DNA of 64,000 nt from a virus. Below, piece after piece: positions 26,328 through 35,187 of this stretch (within the stretch, counting starts at the first letter, position 1; each line of letters opens with the position of its first letter). The stretch lies in IMG/VR virus record IMGVR_UViG_3300045988_132725; one strand, given 5' to 3'. Under the pieces are notes generated by a model, which saw nothing but the letters and a program-made list of their open reading frames with translations, did not search any database and had not been told where the DNA came from. The translations under genes and the position numbers were made by a program.

Positions 26328-27368
26328 CTATTGGATTACATTAAGATATCTTATTCCTACCTCGACTTCCTCATTATCGATATTGTTGTTCTCGCAAAAC
26401 GCTGAGTACATATCCTTTAGACCAGACTTGTCAAAACGTTTTTCAAAGCTATTCTGGGAGACTTTCGCCCGTTCTGTGACAGATTGTGCCACCTCGACCT
26501 TGCTTGCTCCAGAATCGATTAAAAACTGCTTATCTAAGCTCTTGACTTGCTCTGGATCGCAAAGGATCTTTACACGTACACGATACCCGTCTTGGGTAAG
26601 ATCCTCTATCGTCTCCTTGATATGCGAGTTGATCTCATCGAACGATAATTCAAGTGTCTTGTATCTGATATTTACCTTGTTTTGTACGAACTCCGTGTCA
26701 CCATCCGAAAATAGGATAGTGTATCCCTTTTCCTCGTCCTCGCCAAAATTGTGCTGGCGTGAACTACCGATATATTCAATGTTACCAAACTTACACCTAT
26801 TATGATAGTGTCCGACTAATACCTTATCCCATTTCTTAAACATATCCGCTGGCAACTCGTCATCGGTAGGCTGGGAGAGCGCTCCTCTGATACCTTGGTG
26901 AATATACAAGATTCGTTTTTGATAATCGGTTCCGTCAAGATAATCCATTAACTCACCATGTTTCTGGATGAAGGAACCATTCTCTGGGAAATAGGAAATC
27001 AATCCCACTGTTAGATCACCGAATCCAACCTCTCCCCAAGTATCTATCACACGCACGTTATCGAAAGAGTCGAATACATGGCAATATCCTCTGGCCGCTT
27101 CTTGGTCTACCAGATCATGATTGCCTTCTATAAGGGTAACACTAATATTGTTATCAAGACATTCTTGGAAAGCGTCATGTACGGCTAACAAAATATCTAG
27201 ATTCTGGGAGGATCTGCTTAGGAATAAGTCTCCTCCTACCAATATGTGATTAATCTGATAATCAATGGCTAGATCGATAGCTTCCTTCCAGTTCAGTTTA
27301 AAGTCATTGATGGTATCCTTGCCAACGTGTATGTCATTCAAGAGCAAGGCTACGGCTTTTCTATCCAT
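26328..27368 (-). CDS. sbcD: SbcD/Mre11-like nuclease
   Basis: Phosphoesterase motifs LLNDIHVG, GGDLF, GNHD, IHQG and LVGHYH. Confidence 0.85.
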   Translation of the reverse strand: MDRKAVALLLNDIHVGKDTINDFKLNWKEAIDLAIDYQINHILVGGDLFLSRSSQNLDILLAVHDAFQECLDNNISVTLIEGNHDLVDQEAARGYCHVFDSFDNVRVIDTWGEVGFGDLTVGLISYFPENGSFIQKHGELMDYLDGTDYQKRILYIHQGIRGALSQPTDDELPADMFKKWDKVLVGHYHNRCKFGNIEYIGSSRQHNFGEDEEKGYTILFSDGDTEFVQNKVNIRYKTLELSFDEINSHIKETIEDLTQDGYRVRVKILCDPEQVKSLDKQFLIDSGASKVEVAQSVTERAKVSQNSFEKRFDKSGLKDMYSAFCENNNIDNEEVEVGIRYLNVIQ

Positions 27369-27792
27369 ATATACCTGTAATTTTGAGCAATTCTAGAAAT
27401 TTATCACGATAATACATTGGGCGTGTAGTATTGTGAATATTTGATTTTGTAGGAATGTTCTCTCCAAAAGTTAGACCTTTGTTTATTAATATTTTTGTTT
27501 TAACTTTACCATTTACTTCCTTCATCATATTGATATCCATCATTATTTTATTAAACTCAGCAGTAGAGATATTAACATGATAATATTTTAGAAGATCTGT
27601 TGCACAATATAATGTATTTTCTGTTAGTGGAGGAATATTATCTTTACAAATACTTAATATTGGTAATGATGCCTTTGTTGTTAATAATTCAGCTATTGCT
27701 ATCTTATATTCATTCGTACAACGAATATTTTTTATAATCCAATCAGAAGCTTTAATAATAGCACTGATCTCTTCTAAGATACTTGTTTCCAT
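27361..27792 (-). CDS. AT-rich 143-aa gene, KilAC/antirepressor-like C-terminal region (weak)
   Basis: YCATDLLKYYHVNISTAEFNKIMMDINMMKE..GK...INKGLTFGE......TTRPMYYRDKFLELL resembles the KilA-C/Ant DNA-binding pattern. The DNA is visibly more AT-rich than its neighbours and sits right behind a terminator. Confidence 0.4.
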   Translation of the reverse strand: METSILEEISAIIKASDWIIKNIRCTNEYKIAIAELLTTKASLPILSICKDNIPPLTENTLYCATDLLKYYHVNISTAEFNKIMMDINMMKEVNGKVKTKILINKGLTFGENIPTKSNIHNTTRPMYYRDKFLELLKITGIYG

Positions 27793-27811
27793 TATACTAC
27801 TTTTATATTTT

Positions 27812-27850
27812 AAAAAAAAGGGTATACCAAATAAACTTCGATATACCCTT
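27812..27850 (-). terminator. Rho-independent terminator after the SSB gene
   Basis: 9-bp stem AAGGGTATA / TATACCCTT followed on the minus strand by T8. Confidence 0.7.
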
Positions 27851-27872
27851 GAAAAATTATAAACGGAACTGA

Positions 27873-29159
27873 TTATTTTCTTTTTCTGCGACCGACTGCG
27901 GGTTCAGCGGTTGCGTCTTGGTTGGGACAATCTTCTTCGTTGCTCTCATTGTCTTCCTCTTGAAGATCTTCCTTTTCTTCCTTGGAATTTACGGATGTCG
28001 ATTGACTGGTTTTTGCGGATGGTTCCTCGCCTAAAGCTTCCAGTTCTGCCTCGATCTCATCCAATAAAGTCATATTGGTCTTCTTTCGCTCAACCTTTAC
28101 CGATAGATTTCTGGACTTTATATACTCTGCAATCAAGCTTCTCAAGTTCTGTCCCTCGTCAGACTTGTCAGTAATACCCTTTCCTGTGAGATCGTCATAC
28201 ATGGCTGATAGCTTGTCGTAAGTAATGGCATCATCCGGCTCATCGTTACCGTTATCTCCTTTCTTGAAAGAGAAACTGGAAGTATCATCAGCTGGAAGCT
28301 CGCCCTTTAAGATCTCGATGGCGTTTACCATCTCCTCATTAGACATGATGTTCTGACCGATCGTCTCATCGTATTGTTTCAAGAACTCGATAGTTGCTCC
28401 CAAATGATATTTCGTATACCGTTTGACGATATCTGTTAGGAGAGGTGCCTTGACAAGATCGCTGAGTTGTTTCTCGTCTAATGGCAGGGAGTCACCAAGA
28501 ATATCGATCGAGAAAACATATTCTGTCTTTGGGCCTTTCTTTTTTTGGATCTCAACCGGGTATCCCTTGTCAAAGGATGAGATAGGGCATGGGTACTTCG
28601 GATTCTTATTTTTCTCCACTAATTTCTTCCATACAGGATCTTTTTGGTCCTCCAAACCTTTCCACTGGCCATTTGAGGCTTCCCAGATCATCATGCCTTC
28701 TTCCATGTTATCCAAGTCGTAGATATACATGGCGTGATTATAGTCATATTTCAAACCGCCACCGAAAGAGCCATTCTTAATCTTATCCTCAAGATCCTTA
28801 TCGCCCTTGACTGCGTCCAAGGCTAGTTTTTTGTAGGTATCGATCAAATCCACGGAATATCCAGCGTCAATAGCTCTACATACCTTGATATTGATATCCT
28901 TACCTGTATCTGGATTGTTTATTTTCAACCATTTTTGACGTACTGGATGCTCATATCCTCTACGCTCGTCCTTCGGGGATAACGGTAAGATACGAATGCG
29001 ATAGGTCTTGGCCTTATCCATGATGAAATTCTTAAACCTCGTGAAGGTTAACTCTTCTGCCGATTTTCTTGCTTGCGCTTCTTCTAATGTCTCTTGTGAA
29101 TCTGCGAATAACTGTTGTAATGATTTTTGTTCTAGATCTTTTTCTTCTACTTCTGACAT
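27873..29159 (-). CDS. gp32-like single-stranded DNA-binding protein (acidic C-terminus)
   Basis: KTYRIRILPLSPKDE resembles T4 gp32 AVIRFLPSKNDEQ. The tail is very acidic (EEKEDLQEEDNESNEED). Start set at the internal ATG (MSEVEEKD), which removes the overlap with the upstream gene. Confidence 0.5.
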   Translation of the reverse strand: MSEVEEKDLEQKSLQQLFADSQETLEEAQARKSAEELTFTRFKNFIMDKAKTYRIRILPLSPKDERRGYEHPVRQKWLKINNPDTGKDINIKVCRAIDAGYSVDLIDTYKKLALDAVKGDKDLEDKIKNGSFGGGLKYDYNHAMYIYDLDNMEEGMMIWEASNGQWKGLEDQKDPVWKKLVEKNKNPKYPCPISSFDKGYPVEIQKKKGPKTEYVFSIDILGDSLPLDEKQLSDLVKAPLLTDIVKRYTKYHLGATIEFLKQYDETIGQNIMSNEEMVNAIEILKGELPADDTSSFSFKKGDNGNDEPDDAITYDKLSAMYDDLTGKGITDKSDEGQNLRSLIAEYIKSRNLSVKVERKKTNMTLLDEIEAELEALGEEPSAKTSQSTSVNSKEEKEDLQEEDNESNEEDCPNQDATAEPAVGRRKRK

Positions 29160-29184
29160 GATTTGCTTGTTTAAATTGTGGTAC

Positions 29185-29727
29185 TTAAATTTTTCTGTTA
29201 TAATCCGTCCATTGGTCATTATAAGCGCCTATATAGACTTCGGAAACCTCCCATTTCTTGTAATCGAGTCTTTCTTTTAGCTCAATCCCTAGATTCTCGG
29301 AGGAGAACAATATTATTTTCTCGATAACATCGTCTAGTTCCTGTGGACTACAATTCTTTAAATCTTGGTATCGAAAATAATTACGGAATATTCTTGTCTC
29401 TCTTACGGGAGCGAACATCTTTTCGAATTTTCGATATAATACCTCTGTTGAAGGATGATCGGGTAGTTCTTCTGATATTATTTTTAGTACTACGCCGAAG
29501 AGGTATTTCATTCTAGGAAGGGTGTTGTTTGGTTTTTTGTCGCAAATATAAAACGCATATTCTCCATCTGGTAGCTTGCGAATTTCTCTTTGCAATTCTG
29601 CTAAATCTGGTCTCTTACCCCTAATGTGAACCAGTCCTTTTTTAAAAATTGACACTACTTCATTTGTTCCATTTATTTGTTGTTTTAATATTACGGTACA
29701 AATGTATATAGTATATTTTAAATACAC
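29185..29727 (-). CDS. Hypothetical 180-aa protein
   Basis: ORF between nrdJ and the SSB gene. Start uncertain. Confidence 0.4.
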   Translation of the reverse strand: MYLKYTIYICTVILKQQINGTNEVVSIFKKGLVHIRGKRPDLAELQREIRKLPDGEYAFYICDKKPNNTLPRMKYLFGVVLKIISEELPDHPSTEVLYRKFEKMFAPVRETRIFRNYFRYQDLKNCSPQELDDVIEKIILFSSENLGIELKERLDYKKWEVSEVYIGAYNDQWTDYNRKI

Positions 29728-29764
29728 AAATATTTGTACCGTAAAATATTTATAATTTATTTTT

Positions 29765-32287
29765 TTATCCGCACTTAGATGATCCGCAAGAAGTACAAAT
29801 TAAACATCCTTCTTGAAAGATTAATGTCTCTTGTCCACAATTAGGACATTTCTGTCCTTTTGCTTTTGTGCCGTCTTGGATGTATCCTTTTAACGCACGA
29901 ATAACACCGTTTCTCCAGTTATTAATAGATTCACTATTCCATTCAAGACTTTGGATAAGTGATACCACTTTATGTATCGGCATCTCGTATCTTAACGTGG
30001 CCGAAATCAGTTTGGCATAATTCCAAAACTCTGGCGAGAAGCGGTTCTCTAAATTGTCGATCGATCCACCAATACCGGCTTTATTGACGAAACTGAATCT
30101 GTAATGTTTGTTCCCGTCCTCATCCTTGTATTTCTCAATCTCTCCATTCTTGATACTTTTAGGCAATAAAATACCATTGTCCTCATCAGCTATGCCAGTG
30201 AATATCTCGTATGGTCTGTTATTTAAGATGCCGACAAAAGCGATCCAATTTTGGGAGTTATGCTTGAAACGGACAACCTCGGCTTTCAGTCTCTTTGGCC
30301 GCTTGGTGTTCTCTTGGCTTTTCTTCTGCTCATCCTTAGTATTTGTGGAGACCAAAACACCAGAGCGAGAACCATCCCTGTAAACAGTACAACCCTTACA
30401 ACCTGATCTCCATGCCTCAATATATAACTCGTTAACCAATTCCTCGGATACATCTTTTGGTAAATTAATTGTTACGCTTATTGAATGGTCCACCCATTTC
30501 TGGATTCGTCCTTGCATCTTAACCTTTTGGAGCCAATCAATATCGTTTGATGTTGATTTATAATAAGGAGATAATTTAACTAATGAGTCGATCTCCTCTT
30601 GGCTGGCGTTAGATTCCATATGGATATCGTTCATTTCCATCCAGACCTTGAACTTGGGATGAATGACCAAAAACTCCTCGAACGAATCGCCGTTCTCATC
30701 CACAAAATCAACTTTGGAACAAGTATCTGTTGGATTGATCTTTCTCCTTCGTTTATATATAGCTAAGAACACGGGTTCTATTCCGGATGATGTCTGGGTC
30801 ATTAAGCTAACCGTACCGGTTGGGGCGATGGTCAAACAAGCGATATTTCTACGGCCATATTTTTCTAGCGCTTCCCCAAATTCCGGATCCGCTTCCTTCA
30901 ATCTATTAATAAAAGGATTGTTTTTCTCTAGCTCTGAATCATACACAGGGAACACTCCTCTCTCTCTCGCTAGGTTGACACTTGATTTATACACGTTCAA
31001 GGCTATGATCTTGTGTATGTTCTCAGAAAAATCAATAGATGCTTCCGTTCCATAACGATACCCTAAAGCCGCCAACATATCTCCCTCAGCGGTAATGCCC
31101 ACTCCGGTACGTCTTCCCATTAGACACTTCTCTCGAATTTTCTCCCATAATCTTAGCTCGGTATGTTTAACCTCCTCGCTTTCTGGATCGGATTTGACTT
31201 TCTCTATGATTTGGTCGATCTTCTCAATCTCCAAGTCAATGATATCGTCCATGATACGTAATGCCAACCGAGTATGCTTCTCTAGCAAATCAATATCGAA
31301 TCCCGCATGATCCGTAAAGGGATTCGTTACGTAAGAATACAGATTCAATGCGATCAATCTGCATGAGTCGTAAGGACATAAAGGAATCTCTCCGCAAGGA
31401 TTAGTTGATACGGTTTTGAACCCGAACTCCGAATAACAATCCGGAACAGATTCCCTAATGATGGTATCCCAGAACAGTATTCCCGGTTCAGCTGATTTCC
31501 ATGCGTTGTGGATAATCTTTTTCCAAAGCTCCTTAGCCTTGATCTCCTTGGTAATCGATGGGTTAGGGGAGTAGATCGGGAAATTCTGGATATAAACCTC
31601 ATCCTCTAATACAGCGTTCATGAAGTTATCATCGATCTTCACGGAAATATTGGCTCCAGTGACCTTTCCTTCTTCCATCTTAGCGTCAATGAATTTATCC
31701 GCATCTGGATGGTTGATTGATAGTGAAAGCATTAATGCGCCACGTCTAGAGTTCTGAGACACCTCTCTTGTCGAGTTGGAATATCTTTCCATAAAAGAAG
31801 AAACACCACTCGAACTCATGGCGGCGTTACTAACTGGAGCCATAGCTGGGCGTAAATGAGATAAGTCATGTCCAACACCTCCACGTCTCTTTTCAAGTTG
31901 GATCAATTCCTCATCCACTTTCATAATTGATCCATAGGAATCAGCGTTAGATTCTTCTAGTTGACACACAAAACAATTCGAAAGTGAGGAAATTTGATAC
32001 GGATTTCCGATACCTGTCATTGGGCCTCCTTGTGGAACGATGTACTTGAAACGATCGAACAGCTCGAACAATTCCTCCTCGCTCATCGGGTTCGGGTAAT
32101 TTTTTTCGATTCTAGCTATTTCTCTCGCCAACCTCCAGTGCATATCAGTAGGGGTTTTCTCATAGATGTTACCATTGGAATCCTTTAAGGCATATTTGTT
32201 TACCCACACCTTTGCGGCCAATTCATCACCATCAAAATAAATTTTTGAAGCCTCTAACGCTTCGTTAAAAGTAAAAACTTGATTCAT
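29765..32287 (-). CDS. nrdJ: Class II (adenosylcobalamin-dependent) ribonucleotide reductase
   Basis: Active-site loop VSTNPCGEIPL and C-terminal Cys cluster CPNCGQETLIFQEGCLICTSCGSSKCG. Start set to MNQVFTF (ATG at 32287), 1 nt after the ATP-cone stop. Confidence 0.8.
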   Translation of the reverse strand: MNQVFTFNEALEASKIYFDGDELAAKVWVNKYALKDSNGNIYEKTPTDMHWRLAREIARIEKNYPNPMSEEELFELFDRFKYIVPQGGPMTGIGNPYQISSLSNCFVCQLEESNADSYGSIMKVDEELIQLEKRRGGVGHDLSHLRPAMAPVSNAAMSSSGVSSFMERYSNSTREVSQNSRRGALMLSLSINHPDADKFIDAKMEEGKVTGANISVKIDDNFMNAVLEDEVYIQNFPIYSPNPSITKEIKAKELWKKIIHNAWKSAEPGILFWDTIIRESVPDCYSEFGFKTVSTNPCGEIPLCPYDSCRLIALNLYSYVTNPFTDHAGFDIDLLEKHTRLALRIMDDIIDLEIEKIDQIIEKVKSDPESEEVKHTELRLWEKIREKCLMGRRTGVGITAEGDMLAALGYRYGTEASIDFSENIHKIIALNVYKSSVNLARERGVFPVYDSELEKNNPFINRLKEADPEFGEALEKYGRRNIACLTIAPTGTVSLMTQTSSGIEPVFLAIYKRRRKINPTDTCSKVDFVDENGDSFEEFLVIHPKFKVWMEMNDIHMESNASQEEIDSLVKLSPYYKSTSNDIDWLQKVKMQGRIQKWVDHSISVTINLPKDVSEELVNELYIEAWRSGCKGCTVYRDGSRSGVLVSTNTKDEQKKSQENTKRPKRLKAEVVRFKHNSQNWIAFVGILNNRPYEIFTGIADEDNGILLPKSIKNGEIEKYKDEDGNKHYRFSFVNKAGIGGSIDNLENRFSPEFWNYAKLISATLRYEMPIHKVVSLIQSLEWNSESINNWRNGVIRALKGYIQDGTKAKGQKCPNCGQETLIFQEGCLICTSCGSSKCG

Positions 32288-32288
32288 C

Positions 32289-32576
32289 TTAGTTATTATG
32301 TAAGTATTGATTAAAATAGTCTGCGATCTCGTTGAAATAATGTTTTGAGGAAACATATATTATACACTCCAAGATAAGGATCGTTGGCAGATCATCTTGG
32401 TTCGGGAGCTTTTGTATTACTTGTCTGGTTATGAATCTGGCGATCATCTCTCCGGGGCGATCAAACCCTTGCGTGATACGAACAGCCTTGCAAACGCTCC
32501 TGTATAATTCTTCAATTGAAAATCCTACCTTGCTTCCATCTTGCTTAATTACGATCTGATTTTGGTTCAATTGCAT
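32289..32576 (-). CDS. Stand-alone ATP-cone domain protein (95 aa)
   Basis: IVIKQDGSKVGFSIEELYRSVCKAV....MIARFITRQVIQKL fits the ATP-cone pattern V.KRDG....F...K......A. Confidence 0.6.
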   Translation of the reverse strand: MQLNQNQIVIKQDGSKVGFSIEELYRSVCKAVRITQGFDRPGEMIARFITRQVIQKLPNQDDLPTILILECIIYVSSKHYFNEIADYFNQYLHNN

Positions 32577-33255
32577 TATTCCCTTGTTGTGTTTTGGTGA
32601 AGTTTTTTAAATAGTCTCTTAGTTCCTCCCTAAAGGTTGGGGTGTTATTAAAACCACAACATTTAGGTTCTCCGCAGATTCCTCCTCGATAGACACATTT
32701 TCGAACCATCATAGAGGCCAGCTCTGGATCTTCCCTGCTTATCACATCCTTGATAGCCAAAAAGATTTGGCGTGTCTCCGTGGAAGCTATCAAGCATAAC
32801 CGTACTTTTGACATATCGATCAGTGATTGTGCGTTTACCAAAATCGACAGATTGGTTAGTGCGTTTCTTCCAGCCCTATATTTCAACTCATCCAAAAGGT
32901 CGTACATCTCTTTGACCTCTTCTTCCGCTCTGTGTTCCTCTGGGATGGCTATGATCTCCACTAATCTGTCAGCTATATACGGACATTGGTCTTTTGCTCC
33001 ATGACGATCGTTTCTCATGGTCAGCTGGAATTTCTCAATCCCTATATGATGACGTACCATGTGGGAAACGGCGAATAGTGGTGCGTTTTTGATCGTTATC
33101 CAAAATAGTTGTGTTCTGGCTGGTGAGTGTTCTGATTTATAGATACTCAATAAGCTTTGGTTGCTTTTACCGATGAAAGTGGACTCACACGCCTCAAGCA
33201 TCAAGTCTCGATCAGTTAATTTTCTAACGGTAACACTAAAATTTTTGTCTAGCAT
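32545..33255 (-). CDS. ThyX-like (flavin-dependent thymidylate synthase fold) protein with a divergent signature motif
   Basis: SEHSPARTQLFWITIKNAPLFAVSHMVRHHIG parallels ThyX (H.SplEH..ftF.i.gvSR....qlvRHR), but the RHRxxSxxxxSxR serine motif is not conserved (RHHIGIEKFQLTMR). Confidence 0.4.
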   Translation of the reverse strand: MLDKNFSVTVRKLTDRDLMLEACESTFIGKSNQSLLSIYKSEHSPARTQLFWITIKNAPLFAVSHMVRHHIGIEKFQLTMRNDRHGAKDQCPYIADRLVEIIAIPEEHRAEEEVKEMYDLLDELKYRAGRNALTNLSILVNAQSLIDMSKVRLCLIASTETRQIFLAIKDVISREDPELASMMVRKCVYRGGICGEPKCCGFNNTPTFREELRDYLKNFTKTQQGNNAIEPKSDRN

Positions 33256-34133
33256 TCTTGTAAATTATAGATTTTCCATTCTCTTTTGATTAGTTTTTTG
33301 ACATCGGTTTCAAATATCTTACAAGCGATCTCGTATAATTCTGGGATCATGTTCAGAACTCGATCGATGTAATCAATTTTGTTTTTGATCTCAGGTTTGA
33401 TGGCCTGTACTTTTTCACTATTGATTCTTCGATTAAGGCTCATATGGTATTTAAGCTCGAACTCTTTATAGAGCAATCGATATCTCTTTTGGAAATCAGT
33501 AGAGTTGTATCGAACAATTTGCGTGATCCTTTGGCGCTTTTCTGCCAATTCGATATCTTCAGTCAAACCCTCAATCACGTCTGATTTATGAGAGATAACT
33601 TCTTTCTGTTTTATATTCTCCGCTTGAAGAGCTTGTTTTTGTTTCTCTGACACAATAAGTGCTTCAAGCGCCTCTATGTAATTTTGAGGTAAGACAACAG
33701 CTGCTTTTTGCTTTTCTAACTCTAGCTCTTCCCATCGATCTATTATTTTTGCTCTTAGTTGGATATTATATCCACTAGCAAGAAGAAGACACGCTTTCTT
33801 ATTTAATTCATATTTAGGTCTTGTTTCTCCTTTTTTATCTATATATTCAGATATTTTGAAAATATATTCTGAAATCTTGTTTTGGGAAGTTGCAAAATTA
33901 TAAATAGCATCAATAGTTATATCGGATAGGTATTTATATTGTGTTCTATCAGATCTATGATAATCTTTCTTGATTTCATCAACGGGTACAGATCTGTACC
34001 CGTATGATTTGTTCAGATTATCAATTAGATTGCGTATATCTCGCATTACAATCTTATGTTCTTTGCCAGTTGTTTCCGCAATTTCAAGAGAACTCATCGT
34101 CTCTTTGATTGATAAATAATTCACATCATTCAT
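33249..34133 (-). CDS. Rha-family phage regulatory protein
   Basis: MSSLEIAETTGKEHKIVMRDIRNLI matches the Rha N-terminal motif (sS.eiAe..gk.H..VlrdIr.l). Confidence 0.7.
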   Translation of the reverse strand: MNDVNYLSIKETMSSLEIAETTGKEHKIVMRDIRNLIDNLNKSYGYRSVPVDEIKKDYHRSDRTQYKYLSDITIDAIYNFATSQNKISEYIFKISEYIDKKGETRPKYELNKKACLLLASGYNIQLRAKIIDRWEELELEKQKAAVVLPQNYIEALEALIVSEKQKQALQAENIKQKEVISHKSDVIEGLTEDIELAEKRQRITQIVRYNSTDFQKRYRLLYKEFELKYHMSLNRRINSEKVQAIKPEIKNKIDYIDRVLNMIPELYEIACKIFETDVKKLIKREWKIYNLQEC

Positions 34134-34159
34134 TTGTTTTTTGATTTTTGAAAATAGTT

Positions 34160-34665
34160 AGTTGACACCGTGCATCTAATCTCATGCCGGTACAAACTTT
34201 ATAAAATATCTATGGTGGGGTCGAAAGATGGTAGGGTGCATCTTATCGTCAGTGTATAGGAGGGAATGAAACCGGGAATGCGTGAGTCAAATAGGATAAA
34301 ACGACAACGGAAGTATCTCCGTCAAAATTATTCGTTCCCGGTATTTTTTAAGCTCTAAGTCATAATCGTTCTCTTTTTTAGTTAACTTAATTTTGTAAAA
34401 AAAACATCCTTCCTCGAAAGAAAGTCTTGCAAAAGTATACGGAAGTTTTTTAATATACAAGCTTTATTTGAAAAATATTTCAATCATCAAAAAATCATTA
34501 TCTTAGATTTTAAAATGTCACTCCTCCTTCCATCCCTCTTCGGAGAGGGATTATAGGGAGAGGTTTTTATATTCTTTTATTTACTTTACTTTACTTTGTG
34601 TACTTCGGACGGAATTAATCGAGTTTCCTGAGGTAATAATCGAGTTATTGACGGAATTAATTATT
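34160..34665. promoter_or_regulatory. 583-nt intergenic control region with direct repeats and hairpins (candidate ori, operator or small RNA region)
   Basis: GTGCATCT(A/T)ATC occurs twice (~34169 and ~34236). GACGGAATTAAT occurs twice and AATCGAGTT twice (34608-34661). Also (CTTTA)3, a UUCG-capped hairpin TCCCTCTTCGGAGAGGGA (~34532-34549), and ACCGGGAA...TTCCCGGT followed by T6 (~34271-34347). Confidence 0.4.
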
Positions 34666-34680
34666 TGACCCTAGAAGACG

Positions 34681-34710
34681 AAAAAAGGAGCACCTATAAA
34701 AAGATGCTCC
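34681..34710 (-). terminator. Rho-independent terminator after the 140-aa gene
   Basis: GGAGCA / TGCTCC stem followed by T6 on the minus strand, 7 nt after the stop. Confidence 0.55.
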
Positions 34711-34716
34711 TTGTTG

Positions 34717-35139
34717 TCATGAAAAAAATGTATCTGTCTTTTTTCTTTGTTCGATATAGCGTTTCATTTGGTTGCTCTGAAGACGTTCGTAATATTCTTT
34801 CTTTACTGGTGTCATTCGTTTTGGTTTGGAAGTACATAGCTTGTTCGTTTTGTACTCGTCCATATACCGATAGAATTTATTTTTTTGGAAGACTGGGTTA
34901 GGGGAAGCGAGCGTGATAGCTTCTATGATTTTCATCGTAGGTTCCGGAAAAACCCCTTTTGGGGTGGATGCCATGATCAGCTCATATTCGATCGGAGCCT
35001 CGTATTTCAAGAAGAAACCCAATTTAGTCTCATCAAAGTGCCTTTTTTTTCTGGTTCCCTTTGGCCTTCCTTGTTTTCCCGTGGGTTTCCCTTTCGTTGT
35101 TATTCTGATTCCGTTCTTCAGTAATGGTTTTGTTGCCAT
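34717..35139 (-). CDS. Basic protein with an AT-hook-like motif (140 aa)
   Basis: KPTGKQGRPKGTRKKR contains a GRP core flanked by basic residues. Confidence 0.45.
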   Translation of the reverse strand: MATKPLLKNGIRITTKGKPTGKQGRPKGTRKKRHFDETKLGFFLKYEAPIEYELIMASTPKGVFPEPTMKIIEAITLASPNPVFQKNKFYRYMDEYKTNKLCTSKPKRMTPVKKEYYERLQSNQMKRYIEQRKKTDTFFS

Positions 35140-35187
35140 GATTGCTTAAATGGTTCAAGTCGTTATTTATGTTGTATTTTCTCATGA

